Positions 1 to 10,486 of a stretch of 64,000 nucleotides of DNA are shown one piece after another. The notes under the pieces were generated by a model. It was not told the DNA's origin and made no database searches. It saw only the letters and a program-made list of their open reading frames with translations. Position 1 is the stretch's first letter. Each line of letters opens with the position of its first letter. A program made the position numbers and the translations under genes. Location: assembly GCA_963753975.1 (NCBI GenBank), contig CAVWEH010000004.1:32001-96000 (forward strand). The letters are read 5' to 3'. This DNA is from an uncultured delta proteobacterium (GTDB lineage Bacteria > Desulfobacterota > Syntrophia > Syntrophales > Smithellaceae).

Positions 1-1266
1 TTCTGTAATGATGGCCATTGGATCTTCCAGCCGTGGATTATCCGAAGTCACAATAGTCAGATCGCTGAAATCAGTGGCTGCTTTACCCATGAGTGGCCGC
101 TTGCTGCGATCTCTATTCCCGCCGCAACCAAATACAGTAATGATCCTTTTTTTTCTGAATTGAACCAAATTTTGCAAAACCTGCTTTAAAGCATCTGCTT
201 TGTGCGCATAATCAACAAGAACATTAAGGCCGGAAGGAGTATTAATTTTCTCCAATCGTCCGGGCACATAAGACAAACTTTCAATACCCGCTTTAATTAC
301 CGCCGCAGGAATTTGCAACACCATCGCAGCGGCACAAGCAGCTAAAATATTATAAATGTTAAACTTGCCGACAAGCGACGTTTCTATAAAAATAGTTTCC
401 CCCGCCAAATCAATCTTCGCTTTTATCCCCGTTAACGACAATTCATAACTTGCCGCCTTCACTGGATTTCCCTTTTCCATGCCATAAGCCAGCGCCGGCA
501 GGGCCACTTCCTGTAAAATCCTTTTTCCCCAACTATCATCTCCATTAATAACCATTTTTTGCAGGTGCGTCTTTTTGCTTTGCGTTAGCACTTCGGTAAA
601 AAATCTCTTTTTTGCCTGAAAGTAATTTTCCATTGTTAGATGATAATCAAGGTGTTCCGGAGTAAGATTGGTAAAAATACCCAAATCAAAGTCGCAATCG
701 TCAACTCTTCTTAAGTCGATCGCGTGAGAAGAAACTTCCGCGATAACGTGGGTCACTCCACTATCGGCCATTTCTCTCAAAATTTTCTGCAATTCATAAG
801 ATTCCGGTGTTGTGTTCGGCGCCGGATAGGTTTTATTATTGTAGCGATAATTGATTGTGCCTAAGACACCGCATTTAAAACCGGCCGCTTTAAATATTGA
901 TTCCAGAAGATAGGTGATCGTTGTTTTACCGTTTGTTCCTATAACAGCAATCAACACTAGATTCCCGGAGGGATTCGCAAAATAGTTCTTGGCTAAAATA
1001 CCTAAAGCACGCCTGCTGTTGGTGACTTTAATTGCCGTTACTTGAGGCGATGACTGGAAATCTTTTTCATAAACGATAAAACGCGCACCATTAGCTATAG
1101 CCTCACGAATGAAATCATGGCCGTCGTGCTGCAAACCGGCAATAGCCACAAACATAGATTCTTTTTCACATTTATCTGCGGCGTAACACACATTGGACAC
1201 GTCTGCCGCTAAGGCTTCGGGAACGTTGATTACATCTATTCCCTCGAGCAACTGCGCCAGTTTCAT
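1..1266 (-). CDS. murE: UDP-N-acetylmuramoyl-tripeptide synthetase (Mur ligase), 3' end runs off the window
   Basis: Not in the ORF track; manual translation from ATG at 1266 gives MKLAQLLEGIDVI..., with the P-loop GTNGKTT, NTTPES, EVSSH, VPGRLE, DYAHK, FGCGG and TSDNPR; directly follows ftsI. Confidence 0.95.
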   Translation of the reverse strand, partial: MKLAQLLEGIDVINVPEALAADVSNVCYAADKCEKESMFVAIAGLQHDGHDFIREAIANGARFIVYEKDFQSSPQVTAIKVTNSRRALGILAKNYFANPSGNLVLIAVIGTNGKTTITYLLESIFKAAGFKCGVLGTINYRYNNKTYPAPNTTPESYELQKILREMADSGVTHVIAEVSSHAIDLRRVDDCDFDLGIFTNLTPEHLDYHLTMENYFQAKKRFFTEVLTQSKKTHLQKMVINGDDSWGKRILQEVALPALAYGMEKGNPVKAASYELSLTGIKAKIDLAGETIFIETSLVGKFNIYNILAACAAAMVLQIPAAVIKAGIESLSYVPGRLEKINTPSGLNVLVDYAHKADALKQVLQNLVQFRKKRIITVFGCGGNRDRSKRPLMGKAATDFSDLTIVTSDNPRLEDPMAIITE

Positions 1267-1273
1267 ATCAACC

Positions 1274-3256
1274 TCAATTATTTAACTCAAAAACAACTCT
1301 ACACATGCGTTCGGCTCCCAGTGGTACGTTTGCCTGTGGATTTTGTCGTACCGCCCAGCCGCTGCCTGATGCTTTTAGTTCTATTGATCTGGCTTTTGCT
1401 TTTTTCATCGCTTCCCTGATCGTCATGCCCGTGAAATCAGGCATTACTGACTCATCAATGCCAGCAATATTTTGTTGAGTATAATTTTGTTGAGCTGAAA
1501 CGAGCTGCACCTTATTTATCTTATCTTGTTCAAAAATCGGTGTTTCCCGAATATTCGTTTTAAAGCAATTTAGTATTTGCTCCCCAATATTTTTAAATAC
1601 CGGCGCTGCGGCGACGCCACCCCACTTATCACTTTGTGGCTCATCCAAAATTACCAAAATAGCAACTTGCGGATTATCGGCAGGGAAAAAGCCCACAAAA
1701 GATGTGCGCACTTTTTCCGCTGAATACTCGCCGCGGGTAAAGTCGAACTTTTGAGAAGTTCCTGTCTTGCCGGCAACATTAACATTAACAATACGTGCAC
1801 TTTTACCCGTACCGTCGGCAGCCTCGACAACCTCCGTAAGCATTTTAGTGAGGCGCTTTGCCACTGCGGGGGAAATAACTCTACGCGCTACCGTTGGTGT
1901 ATACATTTTTATCAGACGATCATTACTATTGGTAAAACCGCGCACAATGTAGGGCTTCATTAAAATCCCCTCGTTGGCGATAGCCGACATTGCGGTGATC
2001 AATTGAATTGCCGTAACTGAAACACCTTGGCCAAAGGCAATGGAAGCAGTATCAATCTTCGTCCAATTTTCCGCCGGCCTTACCAATCCCGAAGATTCGC
2101 CGGGCAGGTCTATGCCTGTTTTTGCTCCGAAGCCAAAACTATCAATATAATCGTAGAATTTTTCTTTTCCCAGCTTTTGCGCAATTTTTACAGCACCAAT
2201 ATTGCTGGAATATTTTAGTATGTCGCGAACGGTCAGTTGTCCGTGACGTTTTCCGCCTGCTTCATGAATGACATGGTCCGCGATTGTATAGGTTCCATTT
2301 TCGCAGAAAAACTGTGCTGATTCTTTAACAATCTTTTCTTCCAGTGCGCCAGCTACTAAAAAAGGTTTAAAGGTTGAACCGGGATCAAAACAATCGGCAA
2401 TGGCCCGGTTACGCCATTTTTCAGGAGCAAGTCCATCAATGTTATTGGGATTAAATCCCATTTCGTTGGCCAGAGCCAATATCTCACCGGTTCTAGGATC
2501 CATCACAATGGCGATCCCCGTTTTGGCACGTTTGGAAAGAACGGCTTCTTTCAAATGAGTTTCGACTAGATATTGAATTCGGCTATCAATGGTTAAAACA
2601 AGATTTTTGTATTCATCTTTCGCCGTCTCACTTTTTTCGACACGTAAAAACAATTTCTTCCCTTTAGCATCGCGCGCCCAGGCCAGCTTTTGCGGTTTTC
2701 CTTTTAATACCTCGTCATATTTATATTCCAATCCCTCCAAGCCGTTGGCATCTGTTCCGACGAAACCCAGCAAATGAGCGGCCAACTGGCCATTGGGATA
2801 AAAGCGTTGCGGTTCCTTGACCAGAAAAATTCCATCGATTTCCGCAGTTTCAATATTTGCCGCTTGAGCCGGTGAGATTTTTCGAGCCAGCCAGCAGAAA
2901 TTTTTCGGTTCAGATATCTTTTTGAAGATTGCTTGCTTATCTAAATTGAGAATCCGTGCTATTTTAGCGGAAGCTTTAACGGGATCAGTAATTTTGGAAG
3001 GATCGGCGCAGACAGAATCAGCCATAATCGATACTGCAAGCTTTTCACCGTTGCGATCATAAATTACACCTCTTTCCGGCTGTAACTGCAACGTGGCAGT
3101 ATGTTGTTTTTGAGCTAATGTTTTTAGTCTTTGTCCGGATAAAACCTGCAATTGAAAAGCTCGTGATATCAAAGCAATAAATAACACGAGAAAAACCATC
3201 AATATGCCGACGATCCTGAATTTTAGCCATTTTTTTGATTCTATTACCATAATCAC
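1274..3256 (-). CDS. ftsI: Penicillin-binding protein 3 (septal transpeptidase) with C-terminal PASTA domain
   Basis: PGSTFK (SxxK), SSN and KTGT motifs; position in dcw cluster. Confidence 0.95.
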   Translation of the reverse strand: MIMVIESKKWLKFRIVGILMVFLVLFIALISRAFQLQVLSGQRLKTLAQKQHTATLQLQPERGVIYDRNGEKLAVSIMADSVCADPSKITDPVKASAKIARILNLDKQAIFKKISEPKNFCWLARKISPAQAANIETAEIDGIFLVKEPQRFYPNGQLAAHLLGFVGTDANGLEGLEYKYDEVLKGKPQKLAWARDAKGKKLFLRVEKSETAKDEYKNLVLTIDSRIQYLVETHLKEAVLSKRAKTGIAIVMDPRTGEILALANEMGFNPNNIDGLAPEKWRNRAIADCFDPGSTFKPFLVAGALEEKIVKESAQFFCENGTYTIADHVIHEAGGKRHGQLTVRDILKYSSNIGAVKIAQKLGKEKFYDYIDSFGFGAKTGIDLPGESSGLVRPAENWTKIDTASIAFGQGVSVTAIQLITAMSAIANEGILMKPYIVRGFTNSNDRLIKMYTPTVARRVISPAVAKRLTKMLTEVVEAADGTGKSARIVNVNVAGKTGTSQKFDFTRGEYSAEKVRTSFVGFFPADNPQVAILVILDEPQSDKWGGVAAAPVFKNIGEQILNCFKTNIRETPIFEQDKINKVQLVSAQQNYTQQNIAGIDESVMPDFTGMTIREAMKKAKARSIELKASGSGWAVRQNPQANVPLGAERMCRVVFELNN

Positions 3257-3591
3257 TCTCCCGAATTTTTCAGGACAATTACTTGATTATTTTCAGGATA
3301 GGACATTTGCAATTTGTTTCTGGCTATATTTTCAATTCTTTGCGGTGATTTAAGCATCGCATATTCCAGTTTCAATTTGTTTTGTTCTTCCAGCTTTTGC
3401 TGCCTGGCACCTAATTCCGCGGCAACATTATATTCCAACTCCGTCATGCGAATATGCGATCCGACATAAATCAAAGCGACAAACATCAAAACAATAGCAA
3501 CGACAATAAAATTCGAATACTTAAGTCCGGAAGAAGTTTTTTTCACTTCGCGGATACGGGGCATTACTTGTGTTCCAACGGTTTGCGCCAT
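3253..3591 (-). CDS. ftsL: Cell division protein FtsL
   Basis: Single TM helix plus coiled coil and LKSPQRIENIA motif; lies between rsmH and ftsI. Confidence 0.9.
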   Translation of the reverse strand: MAQTVGTQVMPRIREVKKTSSGLKYSNFIVVAIVLMFVALIYVGSHIRMTELEYNVAAELGARQQKLEEQNKLKLEYAMLKSPQRIENIARNKLQMSYPENNQVIVLKNSGE

Positions 3592-3592
3592 T

Positions 3593-4528
3593 TTAATACC
3601 TCTCAGCTACACGCAATTTAGCACTGCGGGCTCGAGGGTTAGCTCTGATTTCTTCTGTCGAAGGAGTCAGTGCTTTTCTGGTTATGATCTTAAGTTTCTT
3701 TTCTTTTTCGCATACGCAAAGCGGTATATCCTTGGGACAGACACAACCCCCGGCCAAAGCTTTAAATTCATTCTTTACAATACGATCTTCCAGTGAATGG
3801 AAGGATATGACGCAAAGGCGGCCGCGGGATTTTAATGCTTCCGCAGCATCATCAATAGCCGGTTTTATGTTATCCAATTCTTTGTTGGCTGCAATTCTTA
3901 TAGCTTGAAATGTTCTTGTCGCCGGGTGAATCTTTTGCCATCTTAATTTAGCGGGCATAGAAGAAACGACTGTCGCCGCCAGTTGAGTCGTTGTTTCGAT
4001 GGGCGATAACTGTCTTTTGAGCGCTATTGCCTTAGCTATTCTACCGGCCATCTTTTCTTCTCCGTAAGATCTTATAATTCTTTCCAGTTCGCTTTGCGTG
4101 AAACTGTTGACGATATCGTATGCGCTCAACTGCAAACTGCGATCCATCCTCATGTCCAGCAGTGCCTCTTGATTAAAGCTAAAACCTCTTTCGGGCCTAT
4201 CCAGTTGATGCGAAGAAACGCCGAGATCCAGAAGAACGCCATCAACTTTCTCTATGCTCAAGCTCTTTAGAACTTTGCCCAAATCGGCGAAATTGGCTTT
4301 GACCAAGATTTTCCGCTCCCCAAACTCCCCCAGCTTTCTTTCTGCCGCTTGCAGAGCGTCGTCATCACAGTCAATGCCCACCAAAAATGAATCTGTGTGT
4401 TTTAATATCTCGTAAGAATGACCTCCCCCGCCAACAGTGCCGTCAACATAGATTCCCTTTTTTGTCATTAAGAGCGAATCAATAATTTCCTTAACCATCA
4501 CCGGCTCGTGATAGAATTCGGCGCTCAT
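3593..4528 (-). CDS. rsmH: 16S rRNA m4C1402 methyltransferase
   Basis: HEPVM, DGTVGGGGHS, DLGVSSHQLD, ISFHSLEDR, NPRARSAKLR motifs. Confidence 0.97.
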   Translation of the reverse strand: MSAEFYHEPVMVKEIIDSLLMTKKGIYVDGTVGGGGHSYEILKHTDSFLVGIDCDDDALQAAERKLGEFGERKILVKANFADLGKVLKSLSIEKVDGVLLDLGVSSHQLDRPERGFSFNQEALLDMRMDRSLQLSAYDIVNSFTQSELERIIRSYGEEKMAGRIAKAIALKRQLSPIETTTQLAATVVSSMPAKLRWQKIHPATRTFQAIRIAANKELDNIKPAIDDAAEALKSRGRLCVISFHSLEDRIVKNEFKALAGGCVCPKDIPLCVCEKEKKLKIITRKALTPSTEEIRANPRARSAKLRVAERY

Positions 4529-4531
4529 GGT

Positions 4532-4978
4532 TTAGATTCCCAGGTCAGCCATGAAGTCGCTGAACTTGTCAATATCGCCGCCGGTTTTTTTCATTTCCCC
4601 TTCAAAACGATCTTTCGACCAAATTTCAATTACCTTAATCATGCCTGCTAAAATGATATCTTTTTCCAATTGCGCATAATCGCGCAGAGCCGGCGGAATT
4701 AAGACCCGCCCCTGGCTGTCTAAATTGCAGTCGATTGCTCCGGACATAAAAAACCGTTGAAATGCCCGTACTTCCTTACGTAAAATAGACTGGTGAGATA
4801 CTTTTTCTTCGATGATACGCCACTCATCATATGGAAAAACCATCAAATAGCCGTCCCAGTTGGTGATCACCATGCGGTTGTCATACTTCTCCGCAAAAAC
4901 GTCGCGGAATTTGGACGGGAAAATGATTCTTCCCTTTTCGTCAATATTATGATGATACTGGCCGCGAAAAACAGACAC
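4532..4978 (-). CDS. mraZ: Division/cell-wall cluster transcriptional repressor MraZ
   Basis: DEKGRI and DSQGRVLIP repeats; start moved to GTG at 4978 because GGAGG lies 7 nt upstream. Confidence 0.95.
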   Translation of the reverse strand: MSVFRGQYHHNIDEKGRIIFPSKFRDVFAEKYDNRMVITNWDGYLMVFPYDEWRIIEEKVSHQSILRKEVRAFQRFFMSGAIDCNLDSQGRVLIPPALRDYAQLEKDIILAGMIKVIEIWSKDRFEGEMKKTGGDIDKFSDFMADLGI

Positions 4979-4988
4979 TAAATAACCT

Positions 4989-5012
4989 CCACAACAAACC
5001 ACTTCACTCCAC
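4989..5012 (-). promoter_or_regulatory. Putative MraZ operator: three GTGG direct repeats at 10-nt spacing
   Basis: Minus strand reads GTGGagtgaaGTGGtttgttGTGGagg just upstream of mraZ; matches the known GTGG/TGGG-repeat MraZ operator architecture. Confidence 0.8.
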
Positions 5013-5238
5013 ATGGCCAATATAAAGGGGCAAAATGCCTTTGTCAAGAAAAAAATTCAACTTTTTTCGATAAAAAAACCTAAAATTACTGGGAAAATAG
5101 GGAAAGCGGAATAACAAAAATCTTGAATGGACAAATTGACCAACTAAAATCGCGAATAAAATACTTAATTTATATTTCTAATTCATTTAACTATAAATTT
5201 TATTCACACTAATCGTTTTAAGTTATTATATTACTTTA

Positions 5239-6369
5239 CTATTTTACGATGCGATAGCGGTTGATCGCTTGATTGTGCTCGCTTAAGGTATCAGAAAAAA
5301 AGTGCGTACCGTCTTTCTTCGAAACAAAATAAAGATATTTTACGTTAGCAGGATACAGCGCAGCATTTAATGAAGTCAATCCAGGATTGGCAATAGGGCC
5401 CGGCGGCAAACCATTGATAATATAAGTGTTATATGGTGAATTTCTTTTTAAATGCTTCCGTAGAACTTTACCTTCAAAATTATCCAAATCATAAATTGCT
5501 GTTGGATCACTTTGCAGGCGCATTTTCTTTTTGAGCCTATTGTGAAATACAGCCGAAATCAGAGGTTTTTCCGCATCAGCACCCGATTCTTTTCCGACGA
5601 TTGAAGCAAAGGTAACAAACTGATTAATGTTAAATCCCAGTTCTTCAGCCCTTTCAACCATTTCTGGTGTAACTTTTTTCCAAAACTGACTGACCATTAT
5701 TTTCATTATTTGGCGCGTACTCATCGAGCGGTTGAAAACATAAGTATCCGGGAACAGATAACCTTCTATAGAATCGGACATAATGCCCAAAGACTTTAAA
5801 AAACTTTCATCATGAGCCAAGTCAAAAAAAGTTTCATTATCAACCAGTTTGAAGTACTCCAGACGCGCAGCAGTTTCCTTCATCGAAAAATCTTCAGGGA
5901 TAGTCACCAGATAAGTTTTAACTTCTCCGCGGATTAGTTTGTCAATTACCGCTGCGGGCGTAAGGGAGGTGTTAAATTCATATTCACCGGCGCGGATATT
6001 ACGCGTGGCTCTTTTTGTTATCGCCAGGGTATAAAAGAAAAAGCGACTATTGACCAACCCCGCGCTGCTGAGAATTTCCGTAACTTTTAGAAAACTGGAG
6101 CCTGTCGGTATATCGACAACCACGGTTGTATTCTTGTTATCAATGGAAGTGGCAGAATAACTTATCAGCAAAACACAAAAGAAAATAAAAACTGCGGCAA
6201 AAAACAGGATGACATATTTAAGTACACGCCAGGCGATACGGGGCAATTCAAAAAATTTAAATGTCGCAAACTGTTTCTTTTTTACCCCCATTTTTCGTTT
6301 ACGCTTATCCGCTGGACGGAGTGTTTTACGATCTTTTTTAGGAATATTTTTTTTCTTTAATTCTTTCAT
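5239..6369 (-). CDS. mltG: Endolytic transglycosylase MltG (start uncertain: 6369 or 6291)
   Basis: EGYLFPDTY, ASIVGKE, LQSDPT, SPYNTY, GLPPGPIANPG, YLYFVS motifs. Confidence 0.93.
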   Translation of the reverse strand: MKELKKKNIPKKDRKTLRPADKRKRKMGVKKKQFATFKFFELPRIAWRVLKYVILFFAAVFIFFCVLLISYSATSIDNKNTTVVVDIPTGSSFLKVTEILSSAGLVNSRFFFYTLAITKRATRNIRAGEYEFNTSLTPAAVIDKLIRGEVKTYLVTIPEDFSMKETAARLEYFKLVDNETFFDLAHDESFLKSLGIMSDSIEGYLFPDTYVFNRSMSTRQIMKIMVSQFWKKVTPEMVERAEELGFNINQFVTFASIVGKESGADAEKPLISAVFHNRLKKKMRLQSDPTAIYDLDNFEGKVLRKHLKRNSPYNTYIINGLPPGPIANPGLTSLNAALYPANVKYLYFVSKKDGTHFFSDTLSEHNQAINRYRIVK

Positions 6370-6395
6370 TTTTTTCGTAAAATTAATTTTCAAAT

Positions 6396-6809
6396 TTATT
6401 TTGTGACGGAATCCAGATAACTTTGAAGAATGAGGCAAGCGGCTAATTTATCCAGCTTATCTTTTCTTTTTTTCCAGCGAATGCCGGAATTAATCAGTAT
6501 CTCTTCAGCTCCTTTGGTAGATAACGTTTCCGGCCATTTAACAACGGGAAGAGAGAAAGTTGTATCCAGGAGAGTGGCAAAACGATTGACTTTGTTGCAT
6601 TGGATACCTTCGGAACCGTCAATCTTTACCGGATAACCGAGTACAATTTTCTCTACATTATAATTATTGATCAGATTTCTCAATATTTCTAAATCATGCT
6701 TTTTAGTTTTTCTAATTATCGTGGGTAAGCCCTGGGCGGTAAGGCCCAACTCATCACATATGGCTACGCCAATTCTTTTTTCACCATAATCCAGACCAAG
6801 AAATCGCAG
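6396..6809 (-). CDS. yqgF: YqgF/RuvX family nuclease (pre-16S rRNA processing)
   Basis: The frame extends upstream of the called ORF as (L)RFLGLDYGEKRIGVAICD; C-terminal DKLAACLILQSYL; apparent CTG start. Confidence 0.88.
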   Translation of the reverse strand: MRFLGLDYGEKRIGVAICDELGLTAQGLPTIIRKTKKHDLEILRNLINNYNVEKIVLGYPVKIDGSEGIQCNKVNRFATLLDTTFSLPVVKWPETLSTKGAEEILINSGIRWKKRKDKLDKLAACLILQSYLDSVTK

Positions 6810-6997
6810 ATGGCACCTCTTACTTAGTTTCTAACAATTCTCCGTTGCATTTTCAAGAATTAAATCATTAAACGTTTTTTAATGATTAGTACACTTTTTT
6901 ATTCATTGAAAAAATCGGTATTAAATATAATGTTGTGAAAAAGTGAGGAGTTTGTTATTTTTCAATATCATTCTATCAAATTTAAGCGAGCAAAAAC

Positions 6998-8932
6998 ATG
7001 AAACACTTTGTTCTCGGCACGGCGGGTCATGTCGACCATGGAAAAACAGCGTTAATTAAAGCGCTTACCGGTATTGATACCGACCGTTTGAAAGAGGAAA
7101 AGGAACGGGGAATCACCATCGAACTTGGTTTTGCCTCACTTCTTCTCCCTTCCGGGCAAACCCTTGGCATTGTGGATGTTCCCGGCCATGAAAAATTCAT
7201 CAAAAATATGGTTTCGGGCGCAACGGGTATTGATTTAGTCTTGATGGTCATTGCTGCGGATGAAGGTATCATGCCGCAGACGAAAGAGCATTTGCATATT
7301 TGCTCACTTTTGGGGATAACTAAAGGCATCGTTGCGCTCACTAAAACTGATCTTGTGGAAAAAGACTGGTTGGAGTTGGTCCAATCCGAGATTAGCAAAT
7401 TTCTCCGGGGAAGTTTTCTGGAAGGTGCACCTATTGTGCCTGTTTCAGCTCTCAAAAAAGAAGGGGTAACCAATCTTATAGAAGCACTGGAAGCTACGGT
7501 AAGTAACATCCCGGAAAAAGCAGACTCCGGCATTTTCCGTCTACCAGTAGACCGTGTATTCACGATGAAAGGATTCGGCACTGTCGTCACTGGCACGCTG
7601 GTATCTGACTGTATTAAATCCGGCGAAGAAATTCAAATACTCCCGGAAGAGATTATCGCCCGCATCAGGGGTATCCAGGTGCATAATCACCCTGTAGAAA
7701 AATCCTGGGCCGGTCAACGCACAGCCGTTAACCTTCAAGGAGTTGAAAAATCTGCTATTAAACGTGGCGATATTCTTGCACGTCCGGAAACTATCCGGCC
7801 GTCACAGCGTCTGGATGTTTTTGTCGAATTCCTTTCCTCCAATATCAAAAATTTAAAAAACAGAACTCTCGTCCGCCTGCACACGGGCACAAGTGAAATT
7901 ATTGCCAGGGTAATCTTGCTGGATAAAGATGAAATTACCCCCGGTCAAAGGGCCTTTGCTCAACTGGTTTTAGCCAATAAGGATGTTGTTGTTGCCGGTG
8001 ACCGTTTTATCTTGCGCAGCTACTCGCCGATTACAACTATTGGCGGCGGTCAAATAATCGATCCGCTTCCTGCAAAACACAAAAGACTCAACAGCAAAAT
8101 CATCGACGAGTTAAATATATTACAAAATGGGACACTGCCAGAGAAAATTTCCGTGATTCTTGAACGGACTGGCTTTGCCGGCATCAATTTAAGCGGACTG
8201 ACCTTTCGCCTGGGTATCAACGCCAAGAACATCAGGGAAGCTCTGGAAAATTTGCTTTCCAGCAAAAAAGTGTTTCTTCTGGATAATGACGATACAACTG
8301 TTATTTCCGCTTACTTTGCCCATGAACTCGAAGAGCTTATCGGCAAAAATCTTACCGCTTATCACAAGAAAAATCCTTTGCAGGAAGGCATATCCAAAGA
8401 AGAACTCAAAGCATCGCTGGGACATGTCATTTCATCAAAACTGTTTAATATGACCGTGAACGCACTCAACAAAAAAGGAACCATAGTGAGCGATAAAAAC
8501 AATGTTCGACTATCGGGGCATAGGGTACAATTGGCGGGCGAACTCGACTCTTTGCGTCAGGCCATCGCAACGATTTATATTGAAGCCGGTCTGGCCCCAC
8601 CTTCCCTCACCGATGTCCTGGGTAAATTCAGAGACCAGAAAGCAAAAGCACAAAGCATTATCAATTTAATGCTTAAGGACGGCGCTTTAATCAAAATAAA
8701 TGAAGAATTATGTTTTGCTCACGAAGCCTTGGAAAAATTACGTGATGATTACAAAGCTCAACTCGCAAAAGACGGCCAGGCAACACCGGCCAGTTTCAAA
8801 GACCTAACCGGCCTTTCCCGCAAATATATAATCCCATTGCTGGAGTACTTTGACATGAGCAAACTTACAGTCAGAGTGGGAGACCACCGTATCTTGAGGG
8901 AAAACCGATGCGGAATTCTGACCAGGCAATAG
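6998..8932 (+). CDS. selB: Selenocysteine-specific translation elongation factor
   Basis: GTAGHVDHGKT, RGITIELGF, DVPGHE and C-terminal winged-helix SRKYIIPLLEYFD. Confidence 0.97.
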   Translation: MKHFVLGTAGHVDHGKTALIKALTGIDTDRLKEEKERGITIELGFASLLLPSGQTLGIVDVPGHEKFIKNMVSGATGIDLVLMVIAADEGIMPQTKEHLHICSLLGITKGIVALTKTDLVEKDWLELVQSEISKFLRGSFLEGAPIVPVSALKKEGVTNLIEALEATVSNIPEKADSGIFRLPVDRVFTMKGFGTVVTGTLVSDCIKSGEEIQILPEEIIARIRGIQVHNHPVEKSWAGQRTAVNLQGVEKSAIKRGDILARPETIRPSQRLDVFVEFLSSNIKNLKNRTLVRLHTGTSEIIARVILLDKDEITPGQRAFAQLVLANKDVVVAGDRFILRSYSPITTIGGGQIIDPLPAKHKRLNSKIIDELNILQNGTLPEKISVILERTGFAGINLSGLTFRLGINAKNIREALENLLSSKKVFLLDNDDTTVISAYFAHELEELIGKNLTAYHKKNPLQEGISKEELKASLGHVISSKLFNMTVNALNKKGTIVSDKNNVRLSGHRVQLAGELDSLRQAIATIYIEAGLAPPSLTDVLGKFRDQKAKAQSIINLMLKDGALIKINEELCFAHEALEKLRDDYKAQLAKDGQATPASFKDLTGLSRKYIIPLLEYFDMSKLTVRVGDHRILRENRCGILTRQ

Positions 8933-8965
8933 AAACATTTATTCTCAAGAAAGGCGGGTAAAAAT

Positions 8966-9919
8966 TTGAAGACTAAAGAAATTTATCTCAAAGACATCAA
9001 ACAAGGGGATAAGGTTCACTCCACCTTTTTGGCTGCTGAAAAAAACATGGCCTTTTCCCAAAAAGGTTCTCCTTATTTAACCGTGCGCCTAAAAGACAAA
9101 ACCGGCGAAATCGAAGGCAAGGTCTGGGATAACGCGGTTGAATTCGATCGGCTTTTTAAAAAAGGCGACATAATTTATATCGAAGGAAAGGCGGCCAGCT
9201 ACAAAAACTCCATTCAAATATCAATCGTCAATATTCAAAAAGACGCGTGGGAAGAAGTCGAGGCGTCTGACTATTTGCCTGCTGCTAAAACCGATGTTAA
9301 TGCCCTGTTCAACGAAGTGCTTATTTACATCGGTAAAATCCAGAATAAGTATTTGCAGGAGTTGCTTAATGCCTTTTTTCAGGACGAAAAAACAGCCGAT
9401 CTTTTCAAAAGAGCACCCGCGGCTAAGGGATTTCATCATATTTATTTAGGCGGCTTATTGGAGCACACACTGTCGGTTGTTCGTCTGCTGGAAAAAGTAT
9501 CCGAACATTATCCCAACCTCAATCGCGATATGCTCATTGCCGGAGGTATTCTTCATGATATCGGAAAAATTTATGAATTTTCTTATGACCAACTTATTGA
9601 TTACAGTGACGAAGGAAGACTGATCGGTCATATTGTCATGGGCGTGGAAATGCTCGACAAAAAAATAGATACTATTCCTGATTTTCCGGCGCAATTATCT
9701 CTGGAGTTGCGCCATATACTTTTGAGCCATCACGGAGAATATGAATTCGCTTCTCCCAAACGCCCGAAAACTCTGGAAGCGTTGGTTGTTCACTATATTG
9801 ACGATCTTGACGCCAAGCTCAACGCTTTTGAAACATTCGTCGCCGATTCCACCAACGCCGATTCCGACTGGACAGCCTACAATCGTTTTTTTGAAAGGTT
9901 CCTTTATAAAGGAAAATAA
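8966..9919 (+). CDS. yhaM: YhaM/Cbf1-family 3'-5' exoribonuclease (OB + HD domains)
   Basis: N-terminal OB fold, PAAKGFHH, GLLEHT, LHDIGK, SHHG, DDLDAK motifs. Confidence 0.88.
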   Translation: MKTKEIYLKDIKQGDKVHSTFLAAEKNMAFSQKGSPYLTVRLKDKTGEIEGKVWDNAVEFDRLFKKGDIIYIEGKAASYKNSIQISIVNIQKDAWEEVEASDYLPAAKTDVNALFNEVLIYIGKIQNKYLQELLNAFFQDEKTADLFKRAPAAKGFHHIYLGGLLEHTLSVVRLLEKVSEHYPNLNRDMLIAGGILHDIGKIYEFSYDQLIDYSDEGRLIGHIVMGVEMLDKKIDTIPDFPAQLSLELRHILLSHHGEYEFASPKRPKTLEALVVHYIDDLDAKLNAFETFVADSTNADSDWTAYNRFFERFLYKGK

Positions 9920-10062
9920 GGAGCAAGTTTAAAGTCGGCATCAGGCTTAATTTTAAATATTTCTTCCTGAATTCTTGTTTCTCAATTCTGTTGTTTTATG
10001 ATACATTATAAATGGTAATGTTTGAAAATGGCTGATTTCAAACTTAACAAAAGGAGTATGCT

Positions 10063-10245
10063 ATGCAACATGATATTCTTGTCTGGATTGTTCTTTTTAT
10101 AATGGTGTTCGTGCTAGGGATACAACTCCAATTGAGTGACCACAGTAGAAAATTGCAGGAAATCATCAAAAAAGTAGATGGACTGCTAAATGAACGGCTA
10201 AAAGAAACAAGAAGTGATATAAAATTACACAACACACCATTATAG
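10063..10245 (+). CDS. Small hypothetical membrane protein (60 aa)
   Basis: AAGGAG RBS upstream, one hydrophobic N-terminal helix followed by a charged tail. Confidence 0.55.
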   Translation: MQHDILVWIVLFIMVFVLGIQLQLSDHSRKLQEIIKKVDGLLNERLKETRSDIKLHNTPL

Positions 10246-10486
10246 ATTCTTCGCACCTCCGAAGGACATGGCGGACATCTGTTCGGCAAACCGTCAAGCG
10301 GTTAGCGATTCTGAATTATAGGTGTCTTCATCCGTGGCGAACATTGAGGCGACGCGCAATGGCACGCCTCAGTGGTATCTTTACACCTTTCAACTAGTAA
10401 TCTTCAATTTTATTCTTTCCATGAGATTGTAGATAAGTAGGTGAAATCAACAACGGAATAAGAAATGAATAAGCCAGCTAATGCCT

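Noticed and set aside
6998..9919. tRNA-Sec or selenoprotein genes near selB
   Set aside because: No tRNA-like sequence with a TCA anticodon was seen, and the ORF breaks I traced in the window are frameshifts, not in-frame TGA codons
10250..10400. GC-richer intergenic patch with a TGAGGCG...CGCCTCA hairpin
   Set aside because: A single short hairpin between convergent genes, with no second copy or recognisable motif; too weak to call
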